This document shows positions 6,709-11,984 of a stretch of DNA of 11,984 bases, one piece after another. Position numbers and translations under genes: made by a program. Origin of the DNA: an uncultured bacterium. GTDB taxonomy: Bacteria > Hydrogenedentota > Hydrogenedentia > Hydrogenedentales > JAEUWI01. Numbering within the stretch: position 1 is the stretch's first letter; every line of letters begins with the position of its first letter. The stretch lies in contig CAXBPH010000215.1 of assembly GCA_963977445.1 (NCBI GenBank), forward strand, positions 1-11,984, read 5' to 3'. Under the pieces are notes generated by a model. The model worked only from the letters and a program-made list of their open reading frames with translations. It made no database searches and was not told the origin of the DNA.

Positions 6709-8508
6709 TCATTCTTCGGTAGCCGTGCGTTGGCCCTGTGTCAATCCCTTCACGGCGGCGCGAAGGGCCACCGGGATTTCTTCAGACAGGCTATCGAGTT
6801 CCGCGAACTCATGGGTTTCAGCGAGCTGCCCCATCGTAATGGTTCCCGTCGGTGGCGTCAGCACCTGCCAAGCCTGTTCATTAGATTTGGCCTTCGTCGG
6901 CAACATGGTTACCCAGTAGGCCAGCCAGGGGCTTTCCCGGTCATTCACCCGCCCGGGGTTAAGCTGTCGAAATCGAATTCGCGCGTAAGTTTCCTCCCGA
7001 CGGCTCCGCCAGGCACCCGGCTCCTCTTTTTCCAGAAAACTCATGATGGATTGTGCCGAAACCAGACCAAGGTAATGGGTCTGAAGGGTCGCAGACGTGG
7101 CAGCACCCGGCTTTAACAAGCCGGAGAGCACACCACCGACCACCGGTGCACGGGCCAGAAAGTCGCCACAATCGCGTATGCGCGCTTCGTTGAACTCCAG
7201 GAAGCGCCGCGCCATTTCAGATTCCATCGTGGCGGCATGGCGCCAGGTTGCCGCCAGTAACCAGGCCGAGCTTTCCGGGTTGGCCCGGTCCAGCACCTGG
7301 GCCGCTTCGCCATTGGTAAACACGGCGGCGGGCAGGGAGCCTGGAAGGCCGTCGGGCGAAAAATCCGAACGAAGCGTATTGATATGAAATTGCAAGGCCC
7401 CCTCAGCGGGCCCGTGGAAGCCGTAGTCGTCCAGGGCGGCAATGGCCCAACTGCTGTCAAAGATGGACGCATGGGCCAACGCAGGGTAGCTGAGCGGCGC
7501 CCGAACGATGGCACCCGAATCCTGGTCGACACACGCAAGGAGGGCCGCAAGGGACGGTGGCACGGGCGACGCAGTGGCCACATCGGCATCGGGCCGCGTG
7601 GAAGCGGGCCTGCCTTCGCCGTCGTCATCCATCGCGCGCCGGAGCTCCTGTAGCCCTTGACCAGAGGCGGCGACGGCTAAATAGACCGAAGCCCGCCGTG
7701 TTCCGACAGTTGCTTCATCAATTCGTGGCTGCAGCACCGCGAAACAATCGCCCACAAGACGTCTCTCTCGAAGGGAAGATGCCCCCGTAAGCGTTTCCGT
7801 GAGTTGCTCCCTGGAAGGTGCGAACCAGCCATCCTGTGCTCCCCCAGGGGAAAAGGTTCCCCAATAAACGCCATCACCGAAGACGGACCAGGCGATGGAA
7901 GGAGCGTGGCCGCGGGCGAGGCGATGGGCTTGCTCCCAATCTTTGTGGCCCGCCGCCCGGGGTCTGAATTGGACAAGCATCCCATCCGTATCATCGAAAT
8001 ACGCGGCGAAGCCCGGCCTCCCATGCTTGTTTACGACCGATTCAGGCACGCCTGGCACCAATCGGGTCGTGGGATTCAGCGCTTGATACCAGAAACACTG
8101 GGTATCCTTATCAAAACCCGCCCAATCGAGTTCCACCACAAGTACGTCGGCACCTTCAGCAACATAGAGCCGTTGTTCCGCCCAGCGCGCACCATCCTGC
8201 TCGTCAAATCGGGTGACGAGGGTGCCCTCTGGCTCCAGCCGCTGGGAAATGTCCCATCCCCCATCTGCGAATGAGTAGACGGTTGCCCCTTCGACAAAGA
8301 GCCAATGGGCCGAGGAATCCGGGCCGACCATATGGCTCCAGTATCCCAGTGTGGGCCATCGGAGTTGCACCAGATTTCCCGACGTGTCGATACCGGCCGT
8401 AAGACGGTGATTTCCCGCGAGGGCGTATATGGTGGGCGCTTCGTCGGGAATTGGTGAGGAGGGCACAACGGCAGCAAGGGCCATCCCAAGAGCCACCAGC
8501 CAGACCAT
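6709..8508 (-). CDS. Secreted GH15 (glucoamylase)-like protein with degenerate active-site motifs
   Basis: Signal-peptide-like N-terminus. LAGNHRLTAGIDTSGNLVQLRWP resembles the N-terminal beta domain of prokaryotic GH15. VDQDSGAIVRAP...DSSWAIAALDDYGFHGPAEGALQF and ESSAWLLAATWRH...IRDCGDFL follow the (alpha/alpha)6 barrel pattern, but WxRD and WEE are absent. Confidence 0.62.
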   Translation of the reverse strand: MVWLVALGMALAAVVPSSPIPDEAPTIYALAGNHRLTAGIDTSGNLVQLRWPTLGYWSHMVGPDSSAHWLFVEGATVYSFADGGWDISQRLEPEGTLVTRFDEQDGARWAEQRLYVAEGADVLVVELDWAGFDKDTQCFWYQALNPTTRLVPGVPESVVNKHGRPGFAAYFDDTDGMLVQFRPRAAGHKDWEQAHRLARGHAPSIAWSVFGDGVYWGTFSPGGAQDGWFAPSREQLTETLTGASSLRERRLVGDCFAVLQPRIDEATVGTRRASVYLAVAASGQGLQELRRAMDDDGEGRPASTRPDADVATASPVPPSLAALLACVDQDSGAIVRAPLSYPALAHASIFDSSWAIAALDDYGFHGPAEGALQFHINTLRSDFSPDGLPGSLPAAVFTNGEAAQVLDRANPESSAWLLAATWRHAATMESEMARRFLEFNEARIRDCGDFLARAPVVGGVLSGLLKPGAATSATLQTHYLGLVSAQSIMSFLEKEEPGAWRSRREETYARIRFRQLNPGRVNDRESPWLAYWVTMLPTKAKSNEQAWQVLTPPTGTITMGQLAETHEFAELDSLSEEIPVALRAAVKGLTQGQRTATEE

Positions 8509-8512
8509 CAGT

Positions 8513-9820
8513 TCACGTCCGGGGCCGCCAGTATTCGGGAATCAATTCATTTTCTGCCAATTGGAGGAGTACGTGCCGGCCCATTTCCGCCACCGGCTTC
8601 CATTGGGCACGCAAATAAAGCACCCCTTCCTGGGCTTCTTCCCCGGGCGTATCCAGCAGAAAGGGCACGAGGGAGGGCGACGTGGTCCAGGCGATCTCAT
8701 TGCCCACCTGGGCAACCGACCAGGAACGCTCATGATGGGAGGAGGCAATTAACCAACCCTCACGATCATCCCAGCGATAGGGCCGGGCATTGCTCAGGGC
8801 CGCCACCGCATGGAGTGCTTCCTGCGTACAATCTTCCTGCACCCGCCCCATATAGACTTCGGTTTTTGCATTGGGATCTTTGGAAGCAACTGCTACCCAG
8901 GAAAGGGCACCCGAACAGCTTCCAAAATCGACGGGGGGCACCTGCGATGTCCACCAGGACGAAGCGAGGTCCGACCAGACATCGCGATACGTCGGTGGCA
9001 AGCCCTCATAGGCGAGCTTTCCCATGGTGTCCATGGCCATTTCCAGGTTTTGTGCGGAATTCCCGCTAAGAACGGCCATGGCATCGGGCCAATCCTGAGA
9101 ATGGAGCACCGGGCCACCCTTAAGGGCGATCGAATTGAAGAAGGCCAACTCGAAAGGAAGCCCTTCCCGTGCATCTACACGCAACGCCCCTCCTTTGGCT
9201 CCCGACCAGGTGAGGTTCAGGGAATCCCCATCACCGGTCGTTGCGGGGACGACTTCACCGTGCTCCAAGGCGTCCGAGAGGCGCTCTGGCGAGGGCGAAA
9301 CGACCAAAAAACCGTCGCGCCAGCCATAAGCGTAGTCCCCCCAAGTTCGGATATTCGGGCGGACTGGTGTGGCGACCAGCCCATGTAGCGCGCTGGCGAC
9401 ACGCATGGCGACCCCCGGGCGGAACGAAGCGCACCAGTCTGGTCCAATACCGGAGACCAGCGCGCGATTTCCGAGCCACCGCTGGACCCGCGCGGGGGTG
9501 GGTCGAATACCGGTCTGCTGCCGCACGGCCACCTCACCCTCATGCATAAAGGGCGGGGCCAGTTCTTCCAACGCGCGGTAGGCATCCAGCCCTTCCCAGG
9601 CCCGCCACAGTTCGGGCATATCCCCCACGACCAACTGCCATTCGCCCTGAGCGAGGGCAACGCCGGCCGCGTCGCTATGCATCAAGCTACGGTCGAGCCC
9701 GGTCCAGAGCAGGCACAGGAGGCCCAGGAGTATAAAAGGCCCCCACTGCCCTCCTCGGCGCCGCCACAACGCTTGCTGTCGTGGCGGGGCCGCGGCAGCT
9801 ATATCCGTTTCAACAGTCAT
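8513..9820 (-). CDS. Hypothetical membrane-anchored protein (single N-terminal TM or signal anchor)
   Basis: 435-aa ORF packed 5 nt and 4 nt from its neighbours on the same strand. Basic patch (WRRRGG) then hydrophobic FILLGLLCLLWTGL. No recognisable catalytic motif. Confidence 0.8.
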   Translation of the reverse strand: MTVETDIAAAAPPRQQALWRRRGGQWGPFILLGLLCLLWTGLDRSLMHSDAAGVALAQGEWQLVVGDMPELWRAWEGLDAYRALEELAPPFMHEGEVAVRQQTGIRPTPARVQRWLGNRALVSGIGPDWCASFRPGVAMRVASALHGLVATPVRPNIRTWGDYAYGWRDGFLVVSPSPERLSDALEHGEVVPATTGDGDSLNLTWSGAKGGALRVDAREGLPFELAFFNSIALKGGPVLHSQDWPDAMAVLSGNSAQNLEMAMDTMGKLAYEGLPPTYRDVWSDLASSWWTSQVPPVDFGSCSGALSWVAVASKDPNAKTEVYMGRVQEDCTQEALHAVAALSNARPYRWDDREGWLIASSHHERSWSVAQVGNEIAWTTSPSLVPFLLDTPGEEAQEGVLYLRAQWKPVAEMGRHVLLQLAENELIPEYWRPRT

Positions 9821-9825
9821 CGGGC

Positions 9826-10098
9826 CTATGCTTCCTCCCAGATGACATCCTTATCCCGCTCACGCCCTTCTTCGGCACGGGTCATTTCTCTTGCCAGTTC
9901 GTCTTTGAGCGCATTAAACTCTTCTTGCGTCGTGACACTGGCGATTCTGGCATCAAAATCGAGACGAATCGCCGCTGTTTTCGCGTCGTATTTGCTATCA
10001 ATCTCCGCAATGGCCTTCTTGGCCTCGTCACTGAGACGTTTTGACGGCCCGGAAGTGGCTTCAAGCCGTTCCATGGCGAGTTCGTAGGCACTTTTCAT
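9826..10098 (-). CDS. Small helical/coiled-coil hypothetical protein (MKSAYELAMERL-type N-terminus)
   Basis: 90 aa, highly charged and helix-like. AGAGG RBS upstream on the minus strand. I recognise the N-terminus as a recurring motif among uncharacterised proteins. Confidence 0.85.
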   Translation of the reverse strand: MKSAYELAMERLEATSGPSKRLSDEAKKAIAEIDSKYDAKTAAIRLDFDARIASVTTQEEFNALKDELAREMTRAEEGRERDKDVIWEEA

Positions 10099-10133
10099 TG
10101 GATTAACCTCTTTGGGTAGGTCGCCGCGTTCTA

Positions 10134-10640
10134 TCAGACCGAAAATTCGTCTTCGAGGACCGTGCTGATAAAGCGTTCGACGGAAATGGGAAAATACTGG
10201 TTATTGGGCGAAATTATGATGCCGGTAGTGATGTCTTCCCGACGTTCGAGACTTTCCAGGCATTCCGTCAGCAATTCGTCTACGGGCCGATCGCTGTGGG
10301 AGATTTCGAGCATTTCGGATTTGCATTCCATGGGCTTATGGGGAAAACCCATAAAGCCGAAAATGCGACCGGATATCTCCGTATCTACGTTTTCGGCGCC
10401 AAATATCTCTTCGTAACTGGGTGATAAGTGGGATGGCCGAATAACAAAACGCGGTGATACCTGAACTTTTCCCACCACCTTGGAGGTCTCGTGGCCTTCA
10501 CCGACGGCGGGTCCGAGGCAGATATAGGGGAGCTCATGATACCCTTTGATGATACCATAGGTCGGCTTGCGCACAATCACCGTGCTTCGGTAGAGTTGCC
10601 GCATTTCGTGGGCACCTAAACTCATGCTGCCATTTTCCAT
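10134..10640 (-). CDS. Conserved hypothetical cytoplasmic protein
   Basis: 168-aa ORF with natural alpha/beta composition (TVIVRKPTYGI...LPYICLG...GKVQVSPRFVIRP...LERREDITTGII). GGAG upstream. Alternative start at 10625. Confidence 0.8.
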   Translation of the reverse strand: MENGSMSLGAHEMRQLYRSTVIVRKPTYGIIKGYHELPYICLGPAVGEGHETSKVVGKVQVSPRFVIRPSHLSPSYEEIFGAENVDTEISGRIFGFMGFPHKPMECKSEMLEISHSDRPVDELLTECLESLERREDITTGIIISPNNQYFPISVERFISTVLEDEFSV

Positions 10641-10701
10641 TTCTCCATGATGCCTGGAAATTGCCCCGAATTAGAAACACCACACCCCACAAACCGATAG
10701 C

Positions 10702-11157
10702 TTACCGAACCGGCTCGGGTAGCGCAACAACACCGCACTCTACAAGCTCCACCGTAGCCCCCTTGTCCACCACCCGATAAAGCACGGCAATGCGGTCACC
10801 TACGGCCAATTGGGACCAGTAGGGCGCCGGAACAAACCATGGTGCCTCCCGTTTCTCCCCGTTGACGAGCGCGACGGAGACTGTAATAGCACCGGCATCG
10901 GGGTGCGCCCCGGAGGGGACCCGGCCTACAATCTCCCCTTCCCCACGCTGTACCGGTCGGGAGAAATTGGCGGCGTCACTATTCAGCTTGTAGGCCAGTT
11001 GTCCCAGCAATCCGATCATGACTACGCCCATAAAAAGGATAAACATGCGCTGCCGATGGGACAATTGTCGTTGCGGTGGACCCTGTCGCATCCAGGGAGT
11101 CTGCCGCCGCGGTATGCCTTCGTCCGAGTCCGAATCTCGCGTGTATTTCGTTGCCAT
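10702..11157 (-). CDS. Hypothetical single-pass membrane protein with a small beta-barrel-like (DUF3592-like) C-terminal domain
   Basis: Charged N-tail, TM helix MFILFMGVVMIGLLGQLAY, then GEGEIV...ITVSV...WSQLAVGDRIAVLY, a pattern typical of small OB-like barrel domains. Confidence 0.7.
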   Translation of the reverse strand: MATKYTRDSDSDEGIPRRQTPWMRQGPPQRQLSHRQRMFILFMGVVMIGLLGQLAYKLNSDAANFSRPVQRGEGEIVGRVPSGAHPDAGAITVSVALVNGEKREAPWFVPAPYWSQLAVGDRIAVLYRVVDKGATVELVECGVVALPEPVR

Positions 11158-11260
11158 TGCTTCCCATTTCGCCGTTTCTGGCCACCATCAGACCCCATAG
11201 CGTTCCTATCGGGGTGCCCTCAGGATACCGCATTACGACGGTTATACCCACATCAATCGC

Positions 11261-11290
11261 TTGACTCCACCCGGTCTATTGTAGGACCAT
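11261..11290 (+). promoter_or_regulatory. Possible sigma70 promoter for trkA
   Basis: TTGACT (11261-11266), 18-nt spacer, GACCAT (11285-11290). The -10 match is weak. Confidence 0.35.
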
Positions 11291-11428
11291 GCGAGCTTTG
11301 GACGACCCCGATAGCGGGCGCAACGCGCTGTGTGGGGCGCCGGCTGAATCATTCCGCACGGCAATCGCGCATTTTAAAGAGCTCTGGCACCTCATTTCTA
11401 CCTGTAGCCAGGGAGGGTTTTGGGAATT

Positions 11429-11984
11429 ATGAATATCTTCATTGCAGGTGGCGGACGGGTTGGGTATCACCTCGCGCGATTGCTCAGCACCGAACGGCAG
11501 GATGTAACCGTCATTGAGCAAGATGCCAACCAGATTGAGCAAATTGACTATGACCTCGATGTCAGCATTGCTCAGGGCGATGGTTCTTCCGTACTTCTTC
11601 TTCAATCCCTCAATGTGGGCGACGCCGAGCTCTTCGTCGCCAGTATGGGTAACGACGAGAAAAATCTCATCGCTGCCGCCACGGCCAAAGGTCTTGGGGC
11701 CAAGCGGGTGGTTGCCCGCGTCGACAACCCGATGTACATGGAATCCAATATCCTCTATGAAACCGTGCTTGGTGTCGATTATATCCTGAGCCCCGATTCT
11801 CTGGCCGCCCTGGAAATTGCCAACTATATCGAACATCCCAGTATCCTTTCTTCCCTGGAATTTGGGGGCGGACGGGCCCAGATGCGACAGGTCCAGGCCA
11901 TCAAGTCGCCTATGCGGAACGGAAAAACCCTGAAAGACGTGATTCCACCACGAAGTGGCGTCTTGCTTGGGGTTATCGAGCGGG
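11429..11984 (+). CDS. trkA: Trk system potassium uptake protein TrkA (RCK domains), truncated by the window end
   Basis: Translated by hand because it is absent from the ORF track: MNIFIAGGGRVGYHLARLLSTERQDVTVIEQD...GDGSS...ASMGNDEKNLIAAATAKGLGAKRVVARVDNPMY...LGVDYILSPD. Contains the GxGxxG Rossmann motif and the TrkA_N pattern. GGGAGG at 11411-11416. Confidence 0.93.
   Translation, partial: MNIFIAGGGRVGYHLARLLSTERQDVTVIEQDANQIEQIDYDLDVSIAQGDGSSVLLLQSLNVGDAELFVASMGNDEKNLIAAATAKGLGAKRVVARVDNPMYMESNILYETVLGVDYILSPDSLAALEIANYIEHPSILSSLEFGGGRAQMRQVQAIKSPMRNGKTLKDVIPPRSGVLLGVIER

Noticed and set aside
6487..10087. Plus-strand ORFs opposite the minus-strand cluster (e.g. 6487..7116, 8810..9388, 9542..10087)
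   Set aside because: Arg/Pro/Gly-rich antisense translations with no recognisable domains; the minus-strand tiling explains the region.
11313..11350. c-di-AMP (ydaO/yuaA) riboswitch upstream of trkA, suggested by AGCGGG...TGGGG...GCTGAATC
   Set aside because: The conserved GGGGGA(A/C)CC and 3' CCCGAAYCCGTCAGCTAACC elements are absent, and the order and spacing do not fit.
10810..11836. Track ORFs 10810..11517 (+), 11276..11836 (-) and 11514..11789 (+)
   Set aside because: They conflict with the 151-aa membrane gene and with trkA (ATG 11429), which the track missed because it has no stop in the window.
1..11984. CRISPR array, tRNA/rRNA, IS or integrase, toxin-antitoxin or anti-phage defence genes
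   Set aside because: I saw no regularly spaced direct repeats, cloverleaf/T-loop signatures, or transposase, nuclease or NTPase motifs by eye.

Overview
GC-rich bacterial chromosomal window with no rRNA, tRNA, CRISPR or transposase visible. Gene content is reminiscent of Candidatus Hydrogenedentota or PVC-like lineages, which is an unverified impression. Left to right: (1) a secreted alpha/beta hydrolase, minus strand, cut by the window edge and absent from the ORF track; (2) a large secreted GH98-like protein with FN3 and NTF2/SnoaL-like domains; (3) a divergent HSL-type esterase; (4) a secreted protein of three Cys-rich YHS/TRASH-like repeats with an intrinsic terminator; (5) a REC-HD-GYP c-di-GMP phosphodiesterase whose promoter is overlaid by a perfect 16-bp palindrome; (6) a convergent, tightly packed five-gene minus-strand cluster of uncharacterised proteins ending in a degenerate GH15-like protein; (7) the 5' part of trkA, also absent from the ORF track, behind a potentially switchable structured leader. 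The best leads are two exported glycoside-hydrolase-fold proteins that both seem to lack catalytic residues, the uncharacterised five-gene cluster, and the trkA leader. All family calls are from motif recognition by eye. I cannot demonstrate a new system from sequence alone.
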